Shown: positions 30,930 to 43,653 of the stretch, piece by piece
Numbering within the stretch: the first letter of the stretch is position 1
Layout of the letters: each line of letters starts with the position of its first letter
Assembly: GCA_000004985.1 (NCBI GenBank)
Contig: GG738907.1
Source of the DNA: Naegleria gruberi
Taxonomy: Eukaryota
Strand: one strand, 5' to 3'
DNA length: 64,000 bases
Made by a program: the position numbers and the translations under genes
Notes under the pieces: generated by a model
Told to the model about the DNA's origin: nothing
Databases searched by the model: none
The model's input: the letters and a program-made list of their open reading frames with translations, nothing else

Positions 30930-32167
30930 ATTGACAATTGATGATGAAAATTTCTTCGGTTGTTGATGATGACAGGTTTTCTCACTGAAGTGTGAAATTT
31001 TTTTTTGAGCGGTCAAAGTTTGCCTGTTGATTGGAGATAACAAATAGTCGTCAATTTATTGTGTGATGGTAATGAAAAAGGATATTATGAATGTAGAATA
31101 GATTACTTTTTATTGTATCCTAATGTCCTTCTTTATTTTCAAAAAGCCAGTGGAATGATGGCTTGGAATTTTCCCTCCAAAATTTAAAAATATTTTAAAA
31201 AAATTGGCAACCATAAGCAAGAAAATAATCAGAAGAAAATGGCCAGAGTGATGGTGGGTTTGTTAAGTTAGCTTGTTATGTTTTTCAACCCAGAGAATAT
31301 GTTGTGATGGTTATTGGATCATTGCAGTGGTATTGCTCACTCGGGTGAAGTTCTCCATGATTAAAGTTCTTGTTTCACAAGTTATCCCTATCTGTAAGAA
31401 AATGTGAAGATAAACAATATGGTAAAAATTGGATGAGCAAATTTTAATATTTGAATTGTTTTTATTCTATTATGAGATTATTATTGTAATATTCACAATA
31501 CAGACAGGTTCATGATTACAAGGATCTAAGTTTGTTCTTAATTCATGATGTTAAACATGTTGTGACGACAATAGCTGTTTTTGATACATTTGACTAATAA
31601 CGTACCTTTTGTGGTCGCCTATTCCACTTGAGGGGTTCACAATCAAGGCAACAAATCACTCATCAGCGATTACAATTGTATGAACTATTGAAAATGCTTT
31701 GTGTGGGTATTACCAATAAGAATCAATGTTCAATTAAACTCTGTTGATGATGAGCAACGGTCGCGAATAATTATTATTAAATTCTCAAACAAAAAACCAT
31801 CTCTCAATATTCCCACTCTTGTGTGTGACATTTATTTGTTCATCATCAACAGCATCAACAACACTTTAATAATATTTTAACAAACTTGATCGGTATCAAA
31901 ATATTGTCAACAACTCAACAACAACCCTTGTAGAGTTCATTATCATCATCTTATCCATACAAAGTCTGTGAGAGCATAGGCCTAGATTCTATTCTTCTAA
32001 CACAATTTATACATCACTACCTTTTTATCATCACCACAAGTATTTTTGACCATTATTGCAATACAGCTCTCTATTGTAAAGTATATTATCTCTTCCTCAT
32101 CAAGAACCAATAGTAAAAAACGTGCTAAGAATATTTAGAGTAAATAATAATATATTTAATTTAAAAA

Positions 32168-34324
32168 ATGATAAGTGGAGGAAGCGCATCTAATTCCAAT
32201 GTTGTTGGTCCAATTTCATCTTCCCTCCATACAACAACAACAACATCCAACTCAAGTGCTTCTAATGATAATAATAATAATAATAATACACAGATCCTTC
32301 CACAACAACAGCAACATCAACAAGAAGCAAGTAGTTTGACCTCTTTCTTAACTTCACAACAAGGAGTAGGTAATAACAACAACAACAATAACAACACTAC
32401 TCCAATAACAACAACAACAATATTAGCATCAGGAGGAGGGGAACAAATTTCCCAGCAACAATCTTCTCATCATGCTATTGTTATTGGTGGTGCAAATACT
32501 AATACCTCACTTTTACCACCATTGGCTAAATCCACTCCAATCATGACTACAACAACACTTAATGGTACTAGCGCTGCTAATCAACCAAGTTCATCATCAA
32601 CAACATCACAATTTGTGCCTATTGCCCCAGCAACGAGTAATCCACACAATAATTCACTAAGTGTACAACCAGCTCATTCCTCAGATCATGTAGCTGAACA
32701 TCATACAAAGAGTGTTCCGTCAAATTCCTCCGTGAATGTATCCAATAACAATGTGCCATCTAATGTTTCTTCCTCACAACAAGCTAGAAGACCCAAACCT
32801 GTTCAAATTGGTTTTATGCCACCAGTATCCTTGTGTGTTTTGATGGAACAAATGGCCTCTAAGATTCATCAACACTATCAACCTCAAAAACCACCTAGTT
32901 CATCTAAGAAATCAGAATTATCCTCTCAAAAAAAGGATGTAGCAGGGGAATCATCTTCCACCCTTAATTCCAACAGTAGTGAAGATGCTAAGAAAACAGA
33001 AACAATGTTAACTGATGATAAGACTAACAATCAATCTAACGAAACAAATGCTAATGTAATATCTACTTCTAGGAATGTTTCATCAACTAGTCAAGGAAGA
33101 TCCAAGTCACCAGGGTCAACTCCATCTCTCTACGATATTTTAAATGAGGAATATCATTCCAACTATTCCAATTATCAAGAATTGATTCATGCAACAAATT
33201 TGATTGTTGAATTTTTATATGGAAATACTGATCTTAAAGAGAGATACCATCCATTTCATTCACAGTTTGCTAGTCAACAACATCCATCCTTTTCTTGGGT
33301 TTATATGGTACCACCTGACCAAACTCCTCCAGTTATGTACCCTAGTGCACCATCAACAATAGGTTCATCATCTTCACATTCTGGAGTTGCAATTCCAATT
33401 TCTACTCCTGTAAAATCTGGAAGAGGCACAAGATCTGACATTACGCCAACTTCTAATTTCAAATCTGCTTCAACGGGCAGTAGTTCAGCAGCAAGTTCAC
33501 ATGATACATTGGAAATTCCTCCTCCAGTTTTTGCCATGCCAAAACCAAATAATGGCAGTTCAGAGGCTTCAACTCCAATGAGAGTAAGAATTGCACCAAA
33601 TACTGGTGGCGGTACTGCCATGCTACCAATACCTGAACATCAACATATTTCACCATTCCCAATACGGGCCAAGGAAGAAGATTTGATGGAAGAAGATAAA
33701 AGAAAGAGAAGAATCAGCAAGAAACCAGAAACTGGAGAAGGAACAACTGGAAGTGATGAACAAGAGAATAAGTTCGTTTGTTATATTTGTGACAAATCTG
33801 TTATTGATAAGAGTACCAAATATACACTCACCTCAAGTAATTTTTCATCATTCCATGAAGTTTTCCCTCATTTAAAGACTCCACTTTTGGGTGAATCAAA
33901 GAGAATTTGTGCTAATTGCTATCACAAAAAGTATAGAAATTCTAGAAAAAAGAAGGCTGACGATAAGAAGGATGTAATTAGTCAAGGTTCTTCCAATGTC
34001 ATGTCAGTTGATGCACAATCTGAAAGTTATGAACCAACTTACTGTTGTTGTGTTTGTAAAAAGAATGGAAGTGATGAATTTACTGAAACTAACTTTGTAA
34101 ATGTACAAAATTATAGATCATATCTTACCTACTTCCCATTCATATCGGATACTCCAACTGCAGATAGACAAATACCTGTTTGTGATGCCTGTCATGCAAC
34201 ATATTTACAAGCAGAAAATCAAGAAAAGAAGAGAAAGTTCATGCATATGCCAAATATTCCAAATGCTGTTGACACCCTTGAATCCCTCAATAAGAAACTG
34301 AAACCAGATACAAGCCATCTGTAA
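32168..34324 (+). CDS. Low-complexity (N/S/T/Q-rich) protein with C-terminal CxxC...CxxC zinc-finger-like clusters
   Basis: ATG at 32168. Poly-N and poly-T runs are present. The C-terminus contains FVCYICDKS...ICANCYHKKYRN and CCCVCKKNG...PVCDACHATYLQ. Confidence 0.4.
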   Translation: MISGGSASNSNVVGPISSSLHTTTTTSNSSASNDNNNNNNTQILPQQQQHQQEASSLTSFLTSQQGVGNNNNNNNNTTPITTTTILASGGGEQISQQQSSHHAIVIGGANTNTSLLPPLAKSTPIMTTTTLNGTSAANQPSSSSTTSQFVPIAPATSNPHNNSLSVQPAHSSDHVAEHHTKSVPSNSSVNVSNNNVPSNVSSSQQARRPKPVQIGFMPPVSLCVLMEQMASKIHQHYQPQKPPSSSKKSELSSQKKDVAGESSSTLNSNSSEDAKKTETMLTDDKTNNQSNETNANVISTSRNVSSTSQGRSKSPGSTPSLYDILNEEYHSNYSNYQELIHATNLIVEFLYGNTDLKERYHPFHSQFASQQHPSFSWVYMVPPDQTPPVMYPSAPSTIGSSSSHSGVAIPISTPVKSGRGTRSDITPTSNFKSASTGSSSAASSHDTLEIPPPVFAMPKPNNGSSEASTPMRVRIAPNTGGGTAMLPIPEHQHISPFPIRAKEEDLMEEDKRKRRISKKPETGEGTTGSDEQENKFVCYICDKSVIDKSTKYTLTSSNFSSFHEVFPHLKTPLLGESKRICANCYHKKYRNSRKKKADDKKDVISQGSSNVMSVDAQSESYEPTYCCCVCKKNGSDEFTETNFVNVQNYRSYLTYFPFISDTPTADRQIPVCDACHATYLQAENQEKKRKFMHMPNIPNAVDTLESLNKKLKPDTSHL

Positions 34325-36265
34325 TTGTAATAAATAACTGTAGACTAGTTTTGTAAAATATTATCTTTTAAACAGTTACTCAGGAGTGCTGCAGAATACC
34401 CAACAACTAATTTTGATGACTCAACATCCTCTTACGGACTGAAATTAGGCGAAATCAATCCTCACACAAAGGAGTGTTAACAAACATGTACGAGGAATTG
34501 CAAACAATCATGCATTTCTCAGTCTTTGAATACAATAAAGTGTGAGAACAGTTACAATCTTCCAAAATCATTACCATGTCATGATGGAATGGTTTCTAAC
34601 TTGCTAATGAGAAGGAAACAGTTCTATTTCATAGATTTTTAACTTTGATGCCCAAATCCAAGCAACCACTTAATTACTTAAGATTGTTATTAGCAGACAT
34701 TGTTAATAAATTCAAGTGCAAACCATTAAAATTGTTGACAATTGACGCTTTAACTGAAAACTAACCATGTTTATGCTCCGCCCACAGCCATGAAGAGAAA
34801 ATGTGGCAAGTGTAGCTTGTTTCGTTTTTGATTGTTTGGGAGATTTAATTTTCCACATCACTTTATCTGAGCAAGGTGGAAATCCTCACACAAACGCAAC
34901 TTCTACAAAGAGCAAGCACGTTTCTTCCACGGAAACACACAGCAAATAACAATGTAATCTTGATGAAGATAACAACAGTATTATGTTAGGACCACACCAA
35001 CTGTAACACTTTGTTAATATAATCAATGACATGCAGCTCTCTTGTGGAGGTAAACTGCACGAAACTTCAAACGAAAGAGAACGATCACGTGTGGAGATTG
35101 AATATCCTCCACAACCAAAATAAAATTCCCCACAACAGGCTATTTCTAAACAATTACTATCTTACAAAAAAACTCAAAGAACTCTGCGTCTCATCATCGT
35201 TTCTGACTCAATTAGAAAGGAAGACACACAAGCAACAGCTGCAGATATTTTCATCCTTCATCACCATTATCAAATAACCAACAAGAATCAACATCATCAC
35301 CCACACAGAAACAATATATTGTCCATTTCTTGAACAAATATATTCATCGTGGTGCACTTGCAAAAAAGACATAATAACAATTACAGTAGACACATTGCGA
35401 TCTTGTTATTAGGTTTTAAAAACATTGTTATAGAAGTGGAAGCGAAATTCTTCTTGCTGATTTTTCTCTATCTCTCTCTTGCTTACCAAGTAAGTTTTTC
35501 AAACTGTCTTGAATGTGCTAATACCCAAAAATGATTGCCAATTTTTACATGTGTACATATTTTACATACATCGTAATGTATTGGATCGATTTAATGTTCC
35601 ATCATTGAATCTACTTGCAAATTCCCAAATGTAATCATGTGTGTGTAATGATGTGGCTACTCGGTTTCATCCAAAATTATATTGTATGCTTGCTCTATTG
35701 ACTTTAAATGTTAACTTTTTGTTCAGCCTTAAACGAACATATTCATCAGAATAAGGTAGTACAGCACCAAAATAATTCGACTGGTCAATAACAAAAGAAC
35801 CGCTTAACTCTTTAAGGCATTTATTCAGCCTTATTTGAAGAACTTTAAGAAGCGAAATTCTTGGTTCCTTATTTTTAACTTGTTGCCCTTATTTTACTTT
35901 AACCTGTAGATTTCAAGTCAGCAAGAAAAACATTGTTTGACTCATTTCGCGAAACACTCTTTTCCAGAGAGAGAATTAGTATTTATTTCACGCTTAGATT
36001 CCTGCAGCAATACCTCAAGAGTTCGCGTTCCTCCTTAGAGAAGGGTCATCATCATCTCTCGCACTTTTTACCAAACTAAAATTCGAAGAGCCTCTTACCG
36101 CTGTAAACAGAGTTAGAAACACAGAACAACAAGAACTACCAAAACATCTTAAGAGGGATAAGTTTCAATCATTCAGAAACATTCCTTCGCCATATTCTTC
36201 AATAACACTCTCAAAAAAATTGCCTCTGCCTTAATAGAGTTCTCAGAACAGGTCATTAATAACTT

Positions 36266-38197
36266 ATGAATAGTCATCATCAAATTTTTGGTGCTGCTTC
36301 CTCTCATCATCAGATGCAACCACAACAGAAACCATTATCACCTACATCATTGTTAGCAGCCACCACTGCTAATACATCTACTCATACAAATATTGCAAAT
36401 AATACTACATCCAGTCATACTATGAATTCACAACAATTAAAACCTCTAAACATGGTTGTCCCACCAACAACACACTATAGTGAAATGAAATCTTCCATAT
36501 CCTCCTACCCTTTTAATCAACCATATTCCATGCCATCATCGACGACGACGACCACCAATAATTCAACATCCCCAAATCCAACTTTGCAATCATCCACTAA
36601 GATGTACAATAATTCAGATTCCTATCATGGTAGCAATTATCAGACTTCCCTTTATTCGAGTGCAGTTCAATCCAATAACCATCCATCATATACATCCAAT
36701 GCTACTGTCTCCAATGCTGCTAATACATATACATCCTCCATGTTACCTCAAAACACTAATCCATATCAACAAACCTACTATACATCTTCATCATTCCAAT
36801 CCTCTCCTCCTTCATCACACCACCACTATACTTCCTCTCAAGCACATGTGCCAAGTAATCCAAGCAGTAGACATAGCCCAAATAGTTATTCTACAAATCT
36901 TCAATCTACACCTTCCGTAACAGTAGCTACATCATCTTCTGTTCATTCCATGTGGTCTTCAGCACAGCAGCAACAAGAGAAACTTCCCAACATGAAGGAT
37001 ATATTTGGTAGTCCAAATAGTACATGGTCACCATCAACATCGAAACAACAATTACCAAGTTTTATGGATGAGTCAAAGAAGAGTGAATTACCATCCTACA
37101 ATAATTTTAATAATCAAAATTCTCATTCATCATCCACTTCAACTACGCATGTGTCTCCTATAAATTCTTCGGAACATGTTGCTACTGCATTCATGGAGGA
37201 ATTGCAACAAAAGTTGAGACACCAAGATGCAATCATTAAGAGATTGGAAAAGGAAAATATTAGATTGAAAAATGAATTGGATTCTTTCAATAGAAGTATT
37301 AATCAATATAGTAGTAGTGGTAATTCAAATAATATGAAAGCATCCTCTCCAAAGAAGAGAAAGATTGCAACAGATGCAACTGCTGGGACTTTGGAAATGA
37401 AATCACAATCATCTCATTCCTCAATCTCTTCTGACCAATATTCGAATAGTAATGAAGACATGAGTGATGCATTGGATGATGAAGACGATGCAGATGAATT
37501 TGAGGATGGAACAGATGGTAAATCCAAGAAGAGAAAACAACCATCCAATCTAGTTCGTTCTAAAAAAGCAAAGGATGAAATCAAGAAACAAAAGCCCTCC
37601 TCTTCAAGGAGTAGTGGCAGAAGAGATGCTACAGTTGGAGATTTGGAAAAGTATACAGTAACATGGAAGGGAGAAACCTATGTCTTGGTGAATGCATTCA
37701 AGAATAGAACTCAAATATTGAACTATTATGTTCCACTCTATCAGAATAATTTCCCAGAAAAGACATGTAAATTAGTATTATGCAATGACGAATATAAGGT
37801 TCTCTCTTCGGAAAATCCAAACACTGTTGAAAAGAAGAAGCATGCTTGGAGAGTTTCTGTCTTTACTATGGATTTTTATAACTTTGTTAAGAACTTTGAT
37901 AAGAGAACATTGAAGATTATTAATTCATCCTCTGGTTTCATTCCAAATGTAAACTTTGAAGGTGGATCAGTATCCTCTCCTTCTGTTCCAACATCCTCTC
38001 GTTCCAATCCAACTCAGAATGCACCTCCTTCATCAATGAACACTTCCAGTTCTACACCACTATTAATTGACAATAGACGTCCTTCTCTCCCTAATTTGCA
38101 ACCAACACTTTTGCCACCACCAATCCTTTCCTCTTCAACAGATGTAAATGCATTGGACATGGCACCAAAACCAATTTCTACCATTCACAATAAATAA
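36266..38197 (+). CDS. Paralog family member E (same CC + basic + C-terminal domain architecture, with an additional ~110-aa S/P-rich tail)
   Basis: ATG at 36266. WKGETYVLVNAFKNRTQILNYYVPLYQNNFPEKTCKLVLCNDEYKVLSSENPNTVEKKKHAWRVSVFTMDFYNFVKN. Coiled coil FMEELQQKLRHQDAIIKRLEKENIRLKNELD. Basic patch KSKKRKQPSNLVRSKKAK. Confidence 0.6.
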   Translation: MNSHHQIFGAASSHHQMQPQQKPLSPTSLLAATTANTSTHTNIANNTTSSHTMNSQQLKPLNMVVPPTTHYSEMKSSISSYPFNQPYSMPSSTTTTTNNSTSPNPTLQSSTKMYNNSDSYHGSNYQTSLYSSAVQSNNHPSYTSNATVSNAANTYTSSMLPQNTNPYQQTYYTSSSFQSSPPSSHHHYTSSQAHVPSNPSSRHSPNSYSTNLQSTPSVTVATSSSVHSMWSSAQQQQEKLPNMKDIFGSPNSTWSPSTSKQQLPSFMDESKKSELPSYNNFNNQNSHSSSTSTTHVSPINSSEHVATAFMEELQQKLRHQDAIIKRLEKENIRLKNELDSFNRSINQYSSSGNSNNMKASSPKKRKIATDATAGTLEMKSQSSHSSISSDQYSNSNEDMSDALDDEDDADEFEDGTDGKSKKRKQPSNLVRSKKAKDEIKKQKPSSSRSSGRRDATVGDLEKYTVTWKGETYVLVNAFKNRTQILNYYVPLYQNNFPEKTCKLVLCNDEYKVLSSENPNTVEKKKHAWRVSVFTMDFYNFVKNFDKRTLKIINSSSGFIPNVNFEGGSVSSPSVPTSSRSNPTQNAPPSSMNTSSSTPLLIDNRRPSLPNLQPTLLPPPILSSSTDVNALDMAPKPISTIHNK

Positions 38198-38938
38198 CTC
38201 TTAATCCTTTAAAGTATGTTATTAAGGCAAGTAAAGTTTTGACTCTTGGAGATTAAATTGGTTAGCCATATAAATAAATTTTACAGCTTAGCTCTAGTGT
38301 CTTTTATGGAAAAAATCATGGTACCTGACTAATAAGAGTTTTGTACTTATCTCAGCTTATTTAAACATGTTTGCAGTTCAAATTACTTGATATTACAATA
38401 AAAATCATTTTCTACATGTATGTAGCGGTTATTCCTTATCAAGATTTAAGGAATAATCATCACAAACATGCAGCAATTCCTTTCAATTCCAATCTTAAAT
38501 ATACAACTATTGTTTTCCAGTCCAATTAATATCTCTTCAATCTTATTGAATAATTACTGAAACTCATCTTAATATTTTTTGATTATTGAAAAGTATCAAT
38601 CAGCCAATTACCCTTGCAAGTCCAAAAACAAACCATTAACACTCGATATTGAGATGGAGAATCATGTCATGCATGGTTCATAATAATAATCATTATAAAT
38701 AATTGTAATCCCGAATGATAATGAAAATTTCATTTTCCCAACTGCGAAAAAAACCAATCATCATTCAGCAAAGAAAAGAGGGTTGTGTGTTTTTCGGATA
38801 ACCGCCACAAGAAGAGATTTTCATCATCATCATTAATAAATTGTGTGTGATTGGAAGGACGGGATTATCTGTTACTACTACTTTGCTTTGATTTAATAAT
38901 ATATTCATTCTAACTTTTACATATTTATATAAAAGATC

Positions 38939-41238
38939 ATGAGTAATATTGCACTTCGTTTAACGGATTATAAAATTGAGTATGATTCACAGCTGACGAA
39001 TAACAAACCACTCTATGTAAATTACTTTATTCGATGCTCGTACAAGGCTAAAACTTCATCATTATCCAATGAACAATCCTACACGGTGATAAAGAGGTAT
39101 TCCGAAATATTAGAGTTACACAAAAAGATTTTGAAACAATTGGGAAAGAGGCTAACATCAAATAATGAGAAAAAGTCGAATAGTAATATTGAGGAGGGAC
39201 TTAAATTTCCTGGAAAATTGTTATTTGGTAATTTTAAGGTAAATTAATTTTACATTAATTCATCATAAATTAATTACATAACATTTTACGTATTAATATC
39301 ACTTAATTGTATCATATATATATTTGATAATTTAAATAGGATGAAAATATAATGAAGAGAAAGGATGAATTGCAAAAGTATTTTGATCAAATTACCTCAA
39401 TGCCAATGATTACTCAGGATCCATTGGCTTGTCAAATTATTTATGCATTCTTCAGAAGAAGTTTGCAACGCATTTCACCAAGGAGTGTATTTGGAGATTA
39501 TTATGACAGAGTTTTGGAAAAGGTCAAGAAAATGTCTGTTACATCCGATGAGGATTTGAACATGTTCAATTCTGTTACTTCACAAGCTTCAAAAGGTACT
39601 TCTGATGTTGTTTTCCAAACCATCGATCAAATTAAGGGGTTGGATCAACTAGTTTACTTGAACATGGATGTTCCAAGTGTGAGTACTACTCACATGAAAA
39701 ATGAAGAAGATGACTTGGATGATTTGTATTATATTGTAAATAATTCACCAAAGGATAATTTCAATGAGGACAGAAGTGGAAATCATGGTAAAAAGAAGAA
39801 GAATACTCGAGAATTGAAATCAATGTGGTGCAACATGTTAATGGAAGATTGTATTCCAGCATTTGTATCTGAAGATTTGGATGTGTTAAATAATTTGGAT
39901 ACATCATCAGTTTTCAGCTTGGATTGGAATGGAATGATTACCAATCTGTGTCAAGTGATGAATAATTACAACAAGGCCATTCAATATCCTAGAATGATGA
40001 TGTATAAGGAATGTTGTGAAGTTTATGAAAAGTTAAAGCAAGAACGTGAGATTGCCCTCATTCTGATCTACAATAGAATGAAGAAACTGTTCGAAGATGA
40101 TAAGAAAAATCCAAGAACTACTGAACAAGGAAAGGCAGCCAAGAACTGTCTCTCCGCTTTGGCCCAAAACTGTGTCGATATGGCAGTAACTTTTGAAGAA
40201 ATTTCAGAGAGTTTTTCCTTATTGAAAAAGTACTTTTCTGAGCTTGCTAGTAATAATCCAATCACTCAAAGAGAGGAATTTATTTGTACTCTTGGCTATT
40301 TGAATGAAATTTTAACCATCCTAATTGAACAAGTCAAGAAGGGGCATCAAAAGAATGTTACACTCCGTCAAATTCTCAAGACCATGTTTGTTGTTTTTGA
40401 AGATATTGCCACAAGTAGAATGAAGCTATTCAAACAAAGTCAAACCTCTCAAACATCAAATAGTTCTGATGAAGAAAGCAAATCTAAAACATCTGAAAAT
40501 GAAGATCCAGACACTGATACCTATAATGTTCATTGCAGAGAATACTTGGAACATTTCTTGCTTCCATTTGCTTCTATCGGTTTCCTTTCAGAGTTGACTT
40601 TTATGGTTCCAGACTCGATGAAATATTTCATCATGTATAATTGTGCCTTAAAAGAAAAGAGAATCAAGGCAATCATTTCACAAAAATCAGAAAATGACAA
40701 TAATGTTGATATCCAAATGAGACAGTATGCTGAAAAATTCTTCACAGAGAAGATGCCACACTCAGATGAGACAAGAGAGGCCTTGGCTAGAGCATTCCAA
40801 TCTGAACTTCAAAGTTTAAGCAATAACGATATTGTCAATCCAGACAATTTGCTTTTTTGTATTCCCGAACCATTGCACAGAACATGTACATTATACTGTA
40901 TGCGTTTCTTGAGCTTTGTCAATGAATTACCAGAGATGGAAGGTATTCAATTTTGTAAATTAGTTCACCAACAATATTCCAGAACAACAATGCAAGAAAT
41001 TGATCAGTGGAATGTAATGATTCATGTATGTGAAAAGACACTGAACATTGTCAATCAGGTACACAAGAGCTACTTGCAAAATAATTCAGTAGATATTGCC
41101 AGTACTTCTGACTCGGTCAAGATTTCCATAACATACGAAACCAAATCCAGATTAGATTTAATTTCCAAACAATTTTCAGGCTATTCAGATAGATTACATT
41201 TCTATAATAACGAATCTAAACGTCTCAGATTACTTTAA
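38939..41238 (+). CDS. PX (phox-homology) domain protein in two exons: join(38939..39238,39340..41238)
   Basis: ATG at 38939. Exon 1 ends ...AATTTTAAG|GTAAAT. A 101-nt AT-rich intron ends aaatag at 39339. The phase-0 junction gives ...FPGKLLFGNFK|DENIMKRKDELQKYFDQI, which completes the PX consensus (RYSEILELHKKIL ... FPGK ... RKDELQKYF). Confidence 0.6.
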
Positions 41239-41621
41239 CTTTGTTAATTTATTAAAATAATCAATTCTAACAGGGTAAAAATTGTTCATGAAATCTTATT
41301 CTTCATATCCATATATTTCAATTCCGATCATGAACAATTTTAACAGTAAACTTTCAAAGTTTTATAATGTAATGACATCGTTGTTTTGGTGAATAATTGT
41401 TTTTCAATAAAATTAAAATTAACCTCCTTACCAAAAAAGACAAACAAAGATATTACATGAAGCATATGAAAATTCTGCATCCCATCATAATATTGTTAGT
41501 GGATTCAAAGAAGCTTGTGTTGTACCACTTGATACAAAGTCAGCACTTGCCAAAATTCAACATTCCAAAAATAGTAATCAAGAAATTTGGAAATTTATTA
41601 TCGGAATTAAATTATTTTGCC

Positions 41622-42377
41622 CTATTTACACATTTTACAACAACAAACACAACAGCAAACCAAGATTAAGATTATAAATCCTAAAATCATAGCTCCTCCA
41701 ACAACAACACCAGCAACAATTCCACTTGAGGCACTTCCAGGTGATTTGTAAACAAGTGCCAAATTGGTAACACCACTACTTGATTTCTGGCATGAAGGTG
41801 TGAAATTATCAACTGAGGAACACAAGATAAAATCAGAGGTGAATGCAATTTCACCTTCCTTAATATTGAAACAAATTGGAACACTATCGGAATTGTACTT
41901 TAGAATGGCATTGTACAAATTACTTAATGGTCTCTTAACAATAGTTCCAATTGAATAGGTAAACTTGACAATGTTATGAGAAACTTCAATACTGCTCGGT
42001 GTTGAATTCAACATGGTGAGTGGAATCATTTGTTGATTGCAATTTTCATCGTACAAGGTTAAATCACCTAATAACCAAGTTCCGGATGGGATTGTTGAGG
42101 ATTGACGAGTGTGTTTGTTGTTACTTTCGAGTTGGTTGATAAAGTTTTGGCGAGCTTCTTGGCTGTATCTTGTCTTGGCTGTTTGGATGAACGAGTTTAG
42201 TTTGGTTTCGACTTGGTTGAGCTTTTTGTTCCATGATGATCGGAAAGGATTGTCAATACAGTGGACACTGTTTACCATGAGCAAAGCTGCAAGAGAAAGC
42301 AATAGGAGAATTGGGAGAAGGAAATTTCTTCTCTTGTTAATGTTGCGAATTGTGTTATTCGAAACTTGTGACGACAT
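41622..42377 (-). CDS. Type-I membrane/secreted protein with C-terminal TM helix and poly-cysteine tail (CCCVCCCKMCK); paralog of 42698..43504
   Basis: ATG (rc) at 42375-42377. Signal peptide MSSQVSNNTIRNINKRRNFLLPILLLLSLAALLMVNS. The C-terminus reads GVVVGGAMILGFIILILVCCCVCCCKMCK. Confidence 0.5.
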   Translation of the reverse strand: MSSQVSNNTIRNINKRRNFLLPILLLLSLAALLMVNSVHCIDNPFRSSWNKKLNQVETKLNSFIQTAKTRYSQEARQNFINQLESNNKHTRQSSTIPSGTWLLGDLTLYDENCNQQMIPLTMLNSTPSSIEVSHNIVKFTYSIGTIVKRPLSNLYNAILKYNSDSVPICFNIKEGEIAFTSDFILCSSVDNFTPSCQKSSSGVTNLALVYKSPGSASSGIVAGVVVGGAMILGFIILILVCCCVCCCKMCK

Positions 42378-42697
42378 TTTTTTATCTTGTTAGAAGAGAA
42401 TCATGTAATTCATCTCCTTCCTTTTATTCTCCTTTCTCAATTAGTTTTTTTGGAATGGCCCTCTCACGCATTTCCTTACCACTTTGAATTGGCAACGATT
42501 CATCACCCAACGTCAGTTTCGACAAGTTTCTATCATTGATTTTTTCACACAAACATTCTAAAAGGAAAAGTCAACTACAGTATTCCATCTCATTCTCCTA
42601 AAATATTGAAACTCTTGTCAATTTTATTAATAGCGAACACTTGTTGTGGTAGTAGTATTGGGAACCGAACCATTGTGCGAGATGAGAAGAGTTTCGT

Positions 42698-43504
42698 TCA
42701 TTGAACCCATAGCCATTCTGTTTCTTCTTCTTCTTCTTCGGCCATGCAACAGCAACAACAGACACAACAAGCAATACAGAAAACAATTACCAAGACAATG
42801 ACAATGACAACACCAGCAATGGAAGCTGAAGTAATTGTTCCTGGACTATTGTAAGTAATTGTAACGGCATCTAATACGGATGAACAAGTTGGTTTTTCAT
42901 TCACTGAGCTACACAATAAGAAATCAGTTGATAATGATAAGGCACCATTCTTGAGATCGAAACAGACTGGAGCTGAATCCTTTTGGTAAGTTAAGACACC
43001 ATTATAGAGAGTGCTAAAAGGTCTTTGAACTACACTGTCAATTGTCAATAAGGAAACTCCAACAACTGAAACAGTAATGGAAGATCCAGTTGATTTCATT
43101 TGAATGAATGGATAGGTTTTAGTTTCACATCCTCCACCACCACCAGATTTGGCAGTATAGACAGACATATCACCTGTATACCAAGATCCAACTAACAGAG
43201 TTGTATCAAGAGCCTTTCTCTTAATGGATTCCCGAGCTAGTTGTGATGAAAAATCAACTCTCATCTCCTCTGAATACATTTCCTTAGATTTCTTAATCAA
43301 TTCTTCAATGGCTTGATAATTATTTTCGGAAGAGCCATAGGATGACCATTGCTTAATTCTATTATTTACAGTTTGATCTTGGACCGCTTGTTCCGAAACC
43401 CTCAATGATGATGATCCCTCCACTGCTACCTTCATCATTATCATCATCACAAAAACAAGCAACAATCCAAGCTTACTTGAGAGAGAAAAATTAACGTTCA
43501 TCAT
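42698..43504 (-). CDS. Paralogous type-I membrane protein with poly-cysteine tail followed by an acidic E-run (CIACCVCCCCCMAEEEEEE)
   Basis: ATG (rc) at 43502-43504. Signal peptide MMNVNFSLSSKLGLLLVFVMMIMMKVAVEG. It shares with the upstream neighbour the ectodomain blocks ...ARQNFINQLESNNKH / ...EMRVDFSSQLARESIKRK and LLCSSV. Confidence 0.5.
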   Translation of the reverse strand: MMNVNFSLSSKLGLLLVFVMMIMMKVAVEGSSSLRVSEQAVQDQTVNNRIKQWSSYGSSENNYQAIEELIKKSKEMYSEEMRVDFSSQLARESIKRKALDTTLLVGSWYTGDMSVYTAKSGGGGGCETKTYPFIQMKSTGSSITVSVVGVSLLTIDSVVQRPFSTLYNGVLTYQKDSAPVCFDLKNGALSLSTDFLLCSSVNEKPTCSSVLDAVTITYNSPGTITSASIAGVVIVIVLVIVFCIACCVCCCCCMAEEEEEETEWLWVQ

Positions 43505-43653
43505 TTAAGATTTTTTTTTAAGGTTCAAATTTTCCGTGTTTTTGAGGAAATTTCCTGGATCATCCACAATTGGGAAGGATTATTGGATGTTGAGATGAAA
43601 TTTTGTTTATTTGGGAAGAATTGAGTTATATTGAGGAGAAAAATTGGCACATT

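Noticed and set aside
31050-32160. Gene-free about 1.1-kb stretch that could hide a mobile element or ncRNA
   Set aside because: I found no terminal repeats, no RT/transposase-like reading frame and no tRNA- or snRNA-like structure. It is most likely shared promoter or intergenic DNA of the divergent genes.
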